Part shown: positions 1 to 11,594 of the stretch, piece by piece
Layout: the number at the start of each line of letters is the position of its first letter
Position numbering within the stretch: position 1 is the stretch's first letter
NCBI RefSeq assembly: GCF_964213995.1
Contig: NC_135804.1
Span: 71,052,001 to 71,116,000, forward strand
Direction: 5' to 3'
Source: Mustelus asterias
Taxonomy: Eukaryota
DNA length: 64,000 nucleotides
Translations under genes and position numbers: made by a program
The notes under the pieces: model-generated
What the model was told of the DNA's origin: nothing
The model's database searches: none
Seen by the model: only the letters and a program-made list of their open reading frames with translations

Positions 1-574
1 AGGCCGCAGCTGGAATACTGTGTGCAGTATTGGTCCCCTTATATGAGGAAGGATATATTGGCATTGGAGGGAGTGCAGAGAAGGTTCACCAGGTTGATAC
101 CGGAGATGAGGGGTTTGGATTATGAGGAGAGGCTGAGGAGATTGGGTTTGTACTCGTTGGAGTTTAGAAGGATGAGGGGGGATCTTATGGAGACTTATAA
201 GATAATGCGGGGGCTGGATAGGGTGGAGGCGGAGAGATTCTTTCCACTTAGTAAGGAAGTTAAAACTAGAGGACACAGCCTCAAAATAAAGGGGGGTCGG
301 TTTAAGACAGAGTTGAGGAGGAACTTCTTCTCCCAGAGGGTGGTGAATCTCTGGAATTCTCTGCCCACTGAGGTGGTGGAGGCTACCTCGCTGAATATGT
401 TTAAAGCGCGGATGGATGGATTCCTGATCGGTAAGGGAATTAAGGGTTATGGGGATCAGGCGGGTAAGTGGTACTGATCCACGTCAGATCAGCCATGATC
501 TTATTGAATGGCGGGGCAGGCTCGAGGGGCTAGATGGCCTACTCCTGCTCCTATTTCTTATGTTCTTGTGTTCT
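1..574 (+). mobile_element. CR1-clade LINE, 3' fragment (ORF2 C-terminus and tail)
   Basis: ORF 22-477 has the CR1 ORF2 C-terminal motifs (QYWSPY..LEGVQRRFTR..RGHSLK..FFSQRVVNLWNSLP); ends in a (TTCTTATG)-like tail at about 555-575. Confidence 0.9.
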
Positions 575-1588
575 TATAAACCGACACTCCACAGCGAAAA
601 AACGCACCGAGCTTCTCAGAAGACAAACACAGGACACGGCCGACAGAGCACCCTATGTCGTCCAATACTTCCCCGGAGCGGAGAAACTATGACATCTTTT
701 TCGGAGACTTCAACATGTCATTAATGAAGACAAACATCTCGCCAAGGCCATCCCCACACCCTCACTATTTGCCTTCAAACAACCGCGCAACCTTAAACAG
801 ACCATTGTTCGCAGCCTTCAGGAGAACAGCGACCACGACACCATACAACCCTTCCACAGCAACCTCTGCAAGACGTGCCGGATCATCGACACGAATGCCA
901 TCATCACATGTGAGAGCACCATCCACCAGATACATGATACACACTCATGCAACTCGGCCAACATTGTCTACCTGATACGCTGCAGGAAAGGATGACCCAA
1001 GGCATGGTACATCAGCGAGACCATGCAGATGGTATGACAACAGATGAACGGACACCACTTGACAATCACCAGGCAGGAGTGTTCACTTCCTGTCGGGAAC
1101 ACTTCAGCAGTCAATGGCATTCAGCCTCCGATCTTCGGAGAAGCGTTCTCCAAAGCGGCCTTCAAGACACACGACAACGCAGAATCACCAAGCAGAAGCC
1201 GATAGCCAAGTTCCGCATGCATGAGGACAGCATCAACCGGGATCTTGGGTTCATGTCACACTACATGTAACCGACACCGTTTGGCCTGGTCCTGCAAAAT
1301 CTTACCAACTGTCGTGGCTTGAGACAATACACACCTCTTTAGCCTGTCATTAAACCTCTCTCCACTCACATTGTCTGTACCTGTAAAGACTCACATTCTA
1401 ATCATTATCTTGTAATTGAGTCTTTGTCTATATATACCATGTTTGTGAACCCAACTCTCCACTCACCTGATGAAGGAGCAGTGCTCCAAAAGTTCATGGT
1501 ACCAAATAAACCTGTTGGACTTTAACCTGCTGTTATGAGACTTCTTACTGTGCCCACCCCAGTCCAATGCCGGCATCTCCACATCGTG
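575..1588 (+). mobile_element. Penelope-like element, decayed 3' part (GIY-YIG region and terminal repeat)
   Basis: Frameshifted homolog of the GIY-YIG ORF at 22839-23378 (ends AKFR..NRDLGFMSHY*); terminal sequence AATAAACCTGTTGGACTTTAACCTG is shared with the other copies. Confidence 0.85.
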
Positions 1589-2135
1589 GCTACAATGTAA
1601 ACGAAGAGATCATTAATTTTTTGGAGTAAATTGGTGGTGCATTTCCTTTTTCAAAATTCTCCAATTATCCCACACACAGTCCAATCCAGCAATAACTGAC
1701 GGGTTATTATCAGCAAGTTATACATTGCAACCAATGTCCCAGACTCCTCCATTAGAATCCACCCAGGGAGGCAGAACAATGTTGAATATTCAGGAGCGAG
1801 CATTTCTGGGAGTTCCCAACATTGATTTTAGATCTCGTGACTTTTCTTGAATTCTCATGGCAACAGATCAAACTTGGACAAGGCAACGTCCTGCTGATTA
1901 CCAACTGCTAGCTTCCCTCAGTTGAATGGGGCTTGTCCCTTGGCTTGATGGTAATGGAAAAGTAAGGGATATGTCAGGTAAGGATGTTACAGCTTGTGGT
2001 TGAACACAATTCTGCTGCTGCTGATAGTCTACAGCATCTCACAGATGACCAGTTTTCAGCTGCTAGATCTGTTCTGGGTCTCTGCTATTTAACAACACCA
2101 GGTCAAAGTCCAACAGGTTTATTTGGAAGCAAATG

Positions 2136-2172
2136 CCACTAGCTTTCGGAGCGCTGCCCCTTCGTCAGGTGG
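2136..2172 (-). ncRNA. minimal hammerhead ribozyme motif
   Basis: CCAC-CUGACGA-A-GGGGC(AGC)GCUCC-GAAA-GCUA-GUGG. Confidence 0.65.
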
Positions 2173-4324
2173 AGTGAGAGATGTGCTCACAAACAGGGCA
2201 CATAGAGACACAAACTCAATTCACAGAATAATGATTGGAATGCTAATCAAGCTCATCAATGCTAATACAGCTAATCAAGTCTTAACGGTGCAGACAATGT
2301 GAGTGGAGAGAGCATTAAGCACAGGTTAAAGAGATGTGTATTGTCTCCAGACAGACAGCTGGTGAGATTTTGCAAGTCCAGGCAAGTTGTGGGGTTACAA
2401 ATAGTGTGACATGAACCCAAGATCCCGGTTGAGGCCATCCTCATGTGTGCGGAACTTGGCTATCAGTTTCTGCTCAGCGACTCTGCGCTGTCGCGTGTCA
2501 TCAAGGCCACCTTGGAGAACGCTTACCCGAAGATCAGAGGCTGAATGTCCACGACCGCTGAAGTGTTCCCCAACAGGAAGAGAACAGTTTTGCCTGGTAA
2601 TTGTCGAGCGGTGTTCATTCATCCGTTGTCGCAGCGTCTGCATGGTTTCCCCAATGTACCATGCCTCCGGACATCCTTTCCTGCACGTATCAGGTAGACA
2701 ACGTTGGCCAAGTTGCAAATGTATGTACCGTGTGCCTGGTGGATAGTGTTCTCACGTGAGATGATGGCATCCGTGTCGATGATCCGGCACGTCTTGCAGA
2801 GGTTGCTGTGGCAGGGTTGTGTGGTGTCGTGGTCACTGTTCTCCTGAAGGCTGGGTAGTTTGCTGCGGACAATGGTCTGTTTGAGGTTGTGCAGCTGTTT
2901 GAAGGCAAGAAGTGGGGGTGTAGAGATGGCCTTGGCGAGATGTTCGTCTTCATCGATGACATGTTGAAGGCTCCGGAGGAGATGCAGCTTCTCCGCTCCG
3001 GGGAAGTACTGGACGACGAAGGGTACTCTGTCCACCGTGTCCCGTGTTTGTCTTCTGAGGAGGTCGGTGCGGTTTTTCGCTGTGGCGTGTCAGAACTGTC
3101 GTTCGATGAGTCGAGCGCCATATCCTGTTCTTATGAGGGCATCTTTCAGCGTCTGGAGGTGTCTGTTACGCTCCTCCTCCTCCGAGCAGATCCTGTGTAT
3201 ACGGAGGGCTTGTCCGTAGGGAATGGCTTCTTTTACGTGTTTAGGGAGGAAGCTGGAGAAGTGGAGCATCATGAGGTTATCCGTGGGCTTGCGGTACAGT
3301 GAGGTGCTGAGGTGACCGTCCTTAATGGAGATGCGTGTGTCCAAGAATGCAACCGATTCCGGAGAGTAGTCTATGGTGAGTCTGATGGTGGGATGGAACT
3401 TGTTGATGTCATCATATAGTTGTTTCAGTGATTGCTCACCATGAGTCCAAAGGAAGAAAATGTCATCGTTGTATCTAGTGTATAGCATCGGTTGAAGGTC
3501 CTGTGCGGTGAAGAACTCTTGTTCGATCCGGTTCAAACTTGCACAGGCTCGAACAAGACCAAGGCCATCCCCACACCCCCACTTCTTGCCTTCAAACAGC
3601 CGCACAACCTCAAACAGACCATTGTCTGCAGCAAACTACCCAGCCTTCAGGAGAACAGTGACCACGACACCACACAACCCTGCCACAGCAACCTCTGCAA
3701 GACGTGCCGGATCATCGACACAGATGCCATCATCTCACGTGAGAATACCATCCACCAGGTACACGGTACATAGACTTGGAACTCGGCCAACGTTACCGAC
3801 CTGATACACTGCAGGAAAGGATGTCCGGAGGCATGGTACATTGGGGAAACCATGCAGACGCTGCGACAATGGATGAATGAACACCGCTCGACAATCACCA
3901 GGCAAGAGTGTTCTCTTCCTGTTGGGGAGCACTTCAGTGGTCACGGGCATTCAGCCTCTGATCTTCGGGTAAGCATTCTCCAAGGTAGCCTTGACGACAC
4001 ATGACACCGCAGGGTTGTTGAGCAGAAACTGATAGCCAAGTTCCACACACATGAGGACAGCCTCAACCGGGATCTTGGGTTCATGTCACACTATCTGTAA
4101 CCCCCACAACTTGCCTGGACTTGCAAAATCTCACAAGCTGTCCTGTCTGGAGACAATACACATCTCTTTAACCTGTGCTTAATGTTCTCTCCACTCACAT
4201 TGTCTGTACCTTTAAGACTTGATTAGCTGTATTAGCATTGATTAGCTTGATTAGCATTCCAATCATTATTCTGTGAATTGAGTTTGTGTCTCTGTGTGCC
4301 CTGTTTGTGAGCACATCTCCCACT

Positions 4325-4361
4325 CCACCTGACGAAGGGGCAGCGCTCTGAAAGCTAGTGG
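4325..4361 (+). ncRNA. minimal hammerhead ribozyme motif
   Basis: CCAC-CUGACGA-A-GGGGC(AGC)GCUCU-GAAA-GCUA-GUGG. Confidence 0.6.
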
Positions 4362-4867
4362 CATTTGCTGCCAAATAAACCTGTTGGAGTTTAACCTGGT
4401 GTTGTGAGACTTCTTACTGTGTTTATCCCAGTCCAACGCCAGCATCTCCACATCTCTGCTATTTGACAGAGTTGTCAGTGCCATGTAACATGGTTGATAG
4501 TATTATACCTCAATGTGAAGAACAGAATTTGTCTCCACAAGGACCCGTGTGGTCATCGCTCCAAACAATACTGTCGTGAACAAGTGCATCTGCCAGACAT
4601 AGATTGGTGAGGATGAGGTCAAATAGATTTTTCCCTCGAGTTGGTTCCTTCACCACCTGCCATATACCCAGTCTAGCAGATTGGTCCTCCAGGAATGTGC
4701 CAACTTGATAATGGTGGTGCCACTGAGACTTTGCCCCTCTTTGATTCTTTATGGCCCAGCACTGGAATGAATTCTATGAATTTTGCGCCCTCTATCCCAG
4801 TGAATGTTCAACTAGTTGAAATGGCAAGTATTACTTTCTTATTCTTTTTGAACTTTATAGCAATGTA

Positions 4868-4955
4868 AGGGACAGCGGTTCCCGAGGGTCAGGTGTGAAA
4901 GGGGCAGCAGGTTCCCAAGGGTCGGGTGGGAAAAGGGCAGCGGGTTCCCGAGGGT
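4868..4955 (+). repeat. short tandem repeat, about 31 bp x3
   Basis: Three copies of GGG(A/G)CAGC..GGTTCCC(G/A)AGGGT. Confidence 0.6.
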
Positions 4956-5144
4956 GATGGTGAGTCACATTGTTGAACTGCTGCATTCCATTTGAGGTAG
5001 GTATTCCCACAGTTCTATTAAGTAGATATCTTTCTGTTTCTACACTAAGGTTCCTATCCTACTGCCAGGCTAGTTCACACTCTCCCCATTGCACTGGAAT
5101 CCTCTCCACCAGGATATTGTCCCGACACCATTAGGATTTTTAAA

Positions 5145-5710
5145 AATTCATTTGTGGGTCATGGGGCTTCACTTTCTGGCCAGCATTTATTGCCCATTCC
5201 TAGTTGCCCTTGAACTGATTGGCTTGCTAGGCTATTTCAAAGGGCAGTTGAGAATCAACCACATTGCTCTGAGTCTGGAGTCACGTGTAGGCCAGATCAG
5301 GTAAGGACAGCAGATTTCCTTCCCTAAAGGACATTAGTGAACCAGTTTTTTCAACAATCAACAGTGGTTTCTTGGTCATCAGTAGATTCGTTATCCCAGA
5401 TATTTTTATGAAATTCAAATTCCACTATCTGCCGTGGCAGGATTCGAATCTGATCCACAGAAATTAGCTGAGTTTCTGGATTAATAGTCCAAAGATGTGC
5501 GGGTCAGGTTGATTGGCCATGCTAAAATTGCCCCTTAGTGTCCTGAGATGTGTAGGTTAGAGGGATTAGCGGGTAAAATATGTAGGGATATGGGGGTAGG
5601 GCCTGGGTGGGATTGTGGTCGGTGCAGACTCGATGGGCCAAATGACCTCCTTCTGCACTGTAGGGTTTCTATGATTCTATGAATAGTCTGGCAATAATAC
5701 CACTCCCCAA
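5145..5710. mobile_element. SINE (minus) with nested 3' part of an HE1-type SINE (plus, about 5490-5681)
   Basis: Same family as 20780-21325 in reverse; the nested piece matches the 30474-30811 SINE, ends in TTCTATGATTCTATG and is flanked by AATAGTC repeats. Confidence 0.65.
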
Positions 5711-6044
5711 GCCATCCAGTTCATACAGATCCAACCTCCCCAATTCCAATCCCAAAATCCCAGAAATCTAAAAGCCTCCCTCCTGCACCAATCTCCAGCC
5801 ACACATTCAGCTGTTTAATTCTTCTTTTTCTGTCACTCTCCTGACATCTGGAGTCATTCAGAGATTAGAGCATTTTGAAGTCCAATTTTAAACTATGCCT
5901 GAAGGACTTCACCCCTCTCACGAGCTTTCTAATTGGTTCAGATCTGAAGCATGATCTCTGTCTGTTCCACCTGACCAATAAATTCAACCGGAAAAATGAA
6001 GAATGAAGCTGCTTCGAGACAGCAAGAGAAACTTCATCAAACAT

Positions 6045-6226
6045 CTGTCAGGAGAGAAAAGAGCTGACGTTTCGAGTCCAGATGACTCTTTATCAAAGCT
6101 GGACAAAGGGTCATCTGGGCTCGAAACGTCAGCTCTTTTCTCTCCTTATAGATGCTGCCAGACCTGCTGAGATTTTCCAGCGTTTTCTCTTTTGGTTTCA
6201 GATTCCAGAATCTGCAGAAATTTGTT
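6045..6226. mobile_element. short palindromic Penelope-type non-autonomous element with 12-bp TSD
   Basis: Inverted arms centred near 6098; TTCATCAAACAT duplicated at 6033-6044 and 6227-6238; the paralogous site at about 32180-32195 is empty. Confidence 0.75.
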
Positions 6227-6306
6227 TTCATCAAACATTTCCTTTATTTCATCATCAAATTTCCAATTTATAAAACAGGGGAGCCGAAAAATCAGTGAAG
6301 TAATGA

Positions 6307-6953
6307 AACATACAAACATAGAAAAACTACAGCACAAACAGGCCCTTCGGCCCACAAGTTGTGCCGAACACATCCCTACCTTCTAGACCTACCTATAACC
6401 CTCCATCCTATTAAGCTCTATGTACTCATCCAGGAGTCTCTTAAAAGACCCTATTGAGTTCGCCTCCACCACCACTGACGGCAGCCGATTCCACTCGCCC
6501 ACCACCCTCTGTGTGAAAAACTTACCCCGAACATCTCCTCTGTACCTACCCCCCAGCACCTTAATCCTGTGTCCTCTCATAGCAGACATTTCCACCCTGG
6601 GAAAAAGCCTCTGAGAATCCACCCGATATATGCCTCTCAACATCTTATGCACCTCTATTAGGTCTCCTCTCATCCTTCGTCTCTCCAAGGAGAAAAGACC
6701 GAGCTCCCTTAGCCTATCCTCATAAGGCATGCCACTCAATCCAGGCAACATCCTTGTAAATCTCCTCTGCACCCTTTCAATCTTTTCCACATCCTTCCTA
6801 TAGTGAGGCGACCAGAACTGAGCACAGTACTCCAAGTGGGGTCTGACGAGGGTCTTATATAGCTGCTTCATTATCCCCGGACTCCTAAACTCAATCGCTC
6901 AATTGATAAAGGCCAGCATACCATACGCCTTCTTAACCACCTCCTCCACCTGC
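6307..6953 (-). mobile_element. 5'-truncated CR1 LINE
   Basis: ORF 6389-6871 is a CR1 ORF2 C-terminus; same subfamily as 28431-29237; absent from the paralogous site at about 32113. Confidence 0.92.
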
Positions 6954-7009
6954 GAGGGTGGAGGGGGTGTTTAAGAGGGAAGAGAAGGGATCAAATAATA
7001 AATTGAGAT

Positions 7010-7560
7010 TAGCAATCGAAACAGAGAATCCCACTGTCTCCCTCACCACCAACCCCAGTGTCTTGTCCACCTACTCCCCCTCAGTGTTTCCCTTACCCCC
7101 TCTCCCAGTATTTCCCTCACCCCAATGTCTCCCCAACCCGTAGTATCTTCCCCAATCACTCCTTCATTGTCTCCCTCCATCCCTTTCCCAGTGTCTTCCC
7201 ACCTCCATAGCAATGATGGAAGAGAAGGGATCAAATAATAAAAACATTGAGATTAGCAATCGAAATAGAGAATCCCAATGTCTCCCTCACCCCCAGTGTC
7301 TCCCCCAACTACTCCCTCAGTATCTCCTTCACCACCGCCACCAGTGCACCTAACCCCAGTGTCTCCCCCACCCCCTCTCACAGTGCCTCTCCTACTTCCT
7401 CCCCGTGTCTCCCCAAACCCCTCTCACAGTGACTCCCCCACCCCCTCCCCATGTTTCCCCCACCCTCTCTCAGTGTGTCTCCCCCATCCCCTCTCCAGTG
7501 TCTCCCACATGACTCCCACATTGACTTCCCCAGCTCCTCTCCCAGTGTCTCTCCCCCACT
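7010..7560. repeat. C-rich low-complexity degenerate repeat (CCCCAGTGTCTCC)
   Basis: Recurrent CCCAGTGTCTCC motif; reverse-complement paralogs at about 31810-32050 and 50605-50845. Confidence 0.7.
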
Positions 7561-7593
7561 TATTTACAGCTCACTGCTCCCCTGGTGGTTAGT

Positions 7594-7812
7594 ACAGTAA
7601 GAAGTCTCACAACACCAGGTTAAAATCCAACAAGTTTACTTGGTAGCACGAGCTTTCAGAGTGCTGCTCCTTCATCAGGTGAGTGGCCCCTCACCTGATG
7701 AAGGAGCAGTGCTCCAAAAGCTTGTGCTACCAAATAATCCTGTTGGACTTTAACCTGGTGTTGTGAGACTTCTTATTGTGCTTACCCCAGTCCAACACCG
7801 GCATCTCCACAT
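7594..7812. mobile_element. inverted pair of Penelope terminal repeats with 13-bp TSD
   Basis: Arms are reverse complements around about 7685; CCTGGTGGTTAGT at 7581-7593 and 7813-7825. Confidence 0.85.
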
Positions 7813-8042
7813 CCTGGTGGTTAGTGTTGGAGTTGCAGCACTGTACATTTGCATTTGCCTGGTTTCTCATTGACCGGGACCCACAGGGACACAATGAAAA
7901 CTTTGTTACCATGGCAATCTTTAGTGCTAATTATCACATCAACTGTACATTTACAAATGATCACAGAATCAACATTTCAATCTCATCCTGAATCTGTCTG
8001 TAAGCCAGTAGGATATCGCGTCACGTCAACAGTCTCTGTATT

Positions 8043-8861
8043 TTAAATGGTTTTAAAGTGCTGTGATTTCAACGTCTTCTTCTCTCTTCGCTTCTTCAGT
8101 CCCTTTTCCAGAAATCTGACTGCGGTTTGTACCCATTTCTCATTCGCTTTCGCACAAATTCTCATATTCCGTCTGTTTGTAAATCTGAAAGAATGAAATG
8201 AGATGTCATTATCAGAGAGTTACAGACACCAGCTCCATATCTTTCATTTCAACACACTGCGGTCAAAACATCTTGAAAGACTTACACAATGGCGGGAATG
8301 GAGCAGCCAATTGTTTTCTTGTAGCTTACTAGCCTTTTATGAACAGTAGGAGTGGGTTTAAAATTCTCACAACATTTGACTGTTACAGTGCCAGCTGCAA
8401 TGAGATGGAGAAAGAGACACAGTTAAATATGGGATGGGTATCACAGCAGATTCTCGCTGATAGTAACATTATCCTTCAGCTGTTTCCATAGAAATACATC
8501 AACAAACCATTCGGCCCAACTGATCTATACTGGACCTCCTTTATGAACCTCCTTCAATAGTCACCTCTCAGCTTTCACTTTTCGAGAAAAAAGATACAAC
8601 TTGTTCAATCTTTCTTCTCTCATCTGGGATCATATTTGGAATAACCACATTGAAAACTGATAAATAACACGAGCAATTGGTGGAAGCCAGCAGACTATTT
8701 TAAACTGTCTGTCACAGTTTAGTTCATTCTGACATTCTCGGAGAATATTGCCAATAAGGAAGTCTCTCTCTCTTACCCGGTGAAGCAGCAACATCCTGGA
8801 TCAAGCAGATCAGCAGTGTTCCCAAAACAGCAGCAGCCACACAGTGTGCTGTCTTCATCAT
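8043..8861 (-). CDS. CC chemokine (CCL19/21-like), copy 1, 111 aa, 3 exons
   Basis: Exons 8861-8777 (MMKTAHCVAAAVLGTLLICLIQDVAASP, signal peptide), 8394-8286 (AGTVTVKCCENFKPTPTVHKRLVSYKKTIGCSIPAIV) and 8184-8043 (FTNRRNMRICAKANEKWVQTAVRFLEKGLKKRREKKTLKSQHFKTI*). GT-AG introns of phase 1 and 2, four canonical Cys and the WV motif. GCSIPAI recalls CCL21 but orthology is not established. Confidence 0.93.
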
Positions 8862-8929
8862 GTCCTTGCCCAGCTTGGAAGTGTTGAGTGTTGAAGAGTG
8901 AGTGTGCGTTGTCAGGAGCCAGTTATCAC

Positions 8930-9125
8930 CTCATGGTTGAAATTGTGTAAAACTGCAGAGTCTGCAATAGGGAGACCCCCTGGAACTTTGCCCATTCGCC
9001 AGCAATGAAAGTTCTCCAGTGTGATTGTTCCTCCGTTTCGGCATTCCCTGAAATGGGAAGTGCATGTTGTTCTGTGAATGGGAGTTCTTGGGTTAAGCAG
9101 CACTGAATGCCTGGAACTTCCTGGG
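8930..9125 (-). promoter_or_regulatory. putative proximal promoter of chemokine copy 1
   Basis: GAS-like TTCAGGGAA (9044-9052, minus), kB-like GGGGTCTCCC and C/EBP-like TTACACAAT are conserved with copies 2 and 3; the TATA position reads TTTCAA. Confidence 0.5.
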
Positions 9126-11594
9126 TCGGTGATTCTTCGACTGTCAGCTCATTTTCCCCAGATAATCTCACCACTTCCCCATCTGGGCAAAGTGAGAAAA
9201 ATCGAGCTTCCTGATTGGACCATTCCACACTGAGCACCCTGTGGGACACAGGTCTGAGCAGGCAGTGAGTTTAAACATCAAAATATATCAGTGTGTGTGG
9301 AAAAGGCAAAAAGAGTGAGTTTTCATAACACCTTTCACCATCTCAAGACATGTGAGAATCGTTCACAGTCACTGAAACTCTTCTGACATGTTGTCACTGT
9401 TGTAATGTAGGGAAGGCAGCAGGAAATTTGTACACAGCAAGATCCCACAAACAGCAATGTAATTATCGCCAGATAAACTGTTCTGATGATGTTGATTGAA
9501 AGATGTATAATTCCCAGGACACCAAATGAAGCCATGTGATATTTTACACCCACTTGAGAGGGAAGACAGGGCCTCAGCTTAACGTCTCCCATGAAATGCG
9601 GCACCACAGGCAGTGCATCATTCCCTCTGTGCGGCATTGAAATGTAAACCGAGGTTTTGTGCTCCAGGTTTCTGAGTGGATTTTGAGGCTCTGACCTGTG
9701 TGAGTGGTGAGAGTGAGACCCAATGAGCCACAGCTGAGAATGAGATCAGTGATGATGTTAATGAAAAAATTATCAATAGTTCTGAGCTGCTCCTTGTATC
9801 CTCCTATCTCCAAGTGGGAATTAGTTAGCAACCAGACTGTAGATATACTCTGATATCCATTTAACTCTCCTGTGTTTGCACCACTTTGAAACAGCTTACA
9901 GTGTTGGCATGATGTTTCTAAGCATGATACCAAACTCTCCAGCATGTGACTGACCATGCCATACCATCATCTGCCCATAGATTAGCACACCCATAATGTT
10001 AACCCTTTATACTCCACATAAATGTCACATTGTAGATCTCAGATATCAGAGAATGGAATGTAATCATCTCTTTACACAAAGTGAGTTAGTTACCCTCGAG
10101 AATCATTAATATTTATCACAAAACTGGAAAGTAACAAGTGTTGGGAGAATTGCTTTGTGGATCCAGTCCGGAAACACCGTCAACATTCTGCTTGTGCCCC
10201 AGTAGAGTATTCACCGCGTCATCAGTCATTGTTTTTTGAAATGGCTTAAATGGTGTTGCGCTTTCATTGTCTTTTCACTCAGTCTCCAATTCTTCAGTCT
10301 CCTTCCATAAGAATATAAGAACTAGGAGCAGGAGTAGGCAGTTCAGTCCCTCGAGCCTGCTCTGCCATTTAACACAATCATGGCTAATCTCAACTTTGCC
10401 TCAACTCCACTTTCCTGTCCATTCTCCATAACCTTTCACCCAATGCAGCCCGCTTGATTGCTACCACTTCCACAAACATTCACTCCGTCCACCACCACCA
10501 CCAACTGTGGCAGCTGAGTGTAACATGTGTCAATGTGGAACACCAACACCTGGCAGTTCCCCTCCAAATCACTCACCATCCTGACTTGGAAATATATTGC
10601 CGTTCCTTCACTGTCGCTGGGTCAAAGTGCTGAAACTCCCTCCTAACAGCACTATGGGTGCACTTACACCACATGGACTGCAGTAGTTCAGGAAGGCAAT
10701 TCACTACCACCTGCTCAAGGGCAATTATGAATGGGAAATAAATCCTGGTCTAGCCAGCGACATCCAGATACCAAGAATAATTTTTTAAAAGATGGCAACT
10801 GAGAAACAGAGTGTGTCCTCTTGCACCAACATTGAATGTATTCAATAAGTGGCTAGCTGTAGCACTTGGGGCAAATGGGATCAAAGGTTATGGGGAGAAA
10901 GCAGGATTAGGCTATTGGGTTGGAAGATCAGCCATGATCATAATAAATGGTGGAGCAGGCTTGAAGGGCCAAATGGCCTCTTCCTGCTCCTATCTTCTCT
11001 GTTAACAGTGTAGTTCACATCTTATACTCAATATATAAGATGGCCCTGATGGGGGTGGTATAGAATTCTTAGTATGAGGCCCTTCATTTTAGTTTTACTA
11101 TAATATGTACACTAGGTTAAGGTAATTATAAAGTGCCTTATATAGTGAGAATTCACAATGTGCTGGAACAACATATGCAAAGGTATTATAAACTACAAAG
11201 ATATCATAACTGTATAACCACAAATTAACCAAATATTATAAGCTTAAACTGTATTTTCAATATATATGTATTGTGCATCTTGACCAACTTTGTTCTGAAT
11301 GCAGCATGAAGGGAATCAGTGGGATAGGCCGAATTCTTTTAATACAATGGAGCACAGAAAGGCAGCTTGTGTTATCTGTTTTCAGATACGTGAAAACAAG
11401 TTTAATCATAGGCCTGCTATTTAAGGGAGTAAATTTGTTCATGGGTAGTAAGGCTGGGTAACAAACTGATAAAGGAGGCCCCAGTTCCAGTGAAAGAGTG
11501 ACTCCTTTCGCCAATTAAAATTCGCAGATGTTGGCTATGACCTTGGATACTAGTAATGACGTGGATTAGGTTTCCGAGGTAAAGGGGGAGGAAC

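Larger units (their letters stand above)
2091..4452. mobile_element. Penelope-like element with inverted arrangement (minus copy about 2091-3530, plus copy about 3558-4452)
   Basis: RT C-terminal part (LYTRYNDDIF, FLDT, LYRKPTD) in ORF 3090-3605 minus; GIY-YIG motif EAWYIGET on both arms; flanked by direct repeat TCTCTGCTATTT at 2079-2090 and 4453-4464. Confidence 0.9.
5990..10290 (-). repeat. inverted paralogous segment of about 27565-32235 and 47185-51025 (older duplication containing the chemokine gene)
   Basis: Reverse-complement similarity across upstream region, exons, introns and downstream flank (e.g. 9574-9957 vs 27909-28250). Confidence 0.88.

Noticed and set aside
7278-7592. Pro/Ser-rich and Gly-rich ORFs (also 31756-32076, 50551-50871), possible mucin-like stalk of the chemokine
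   Set aside because: They lie downstream of the stop codon and poly(A) signal, arise from low-complexity repeat, and are not frame-conserved between paralogs.
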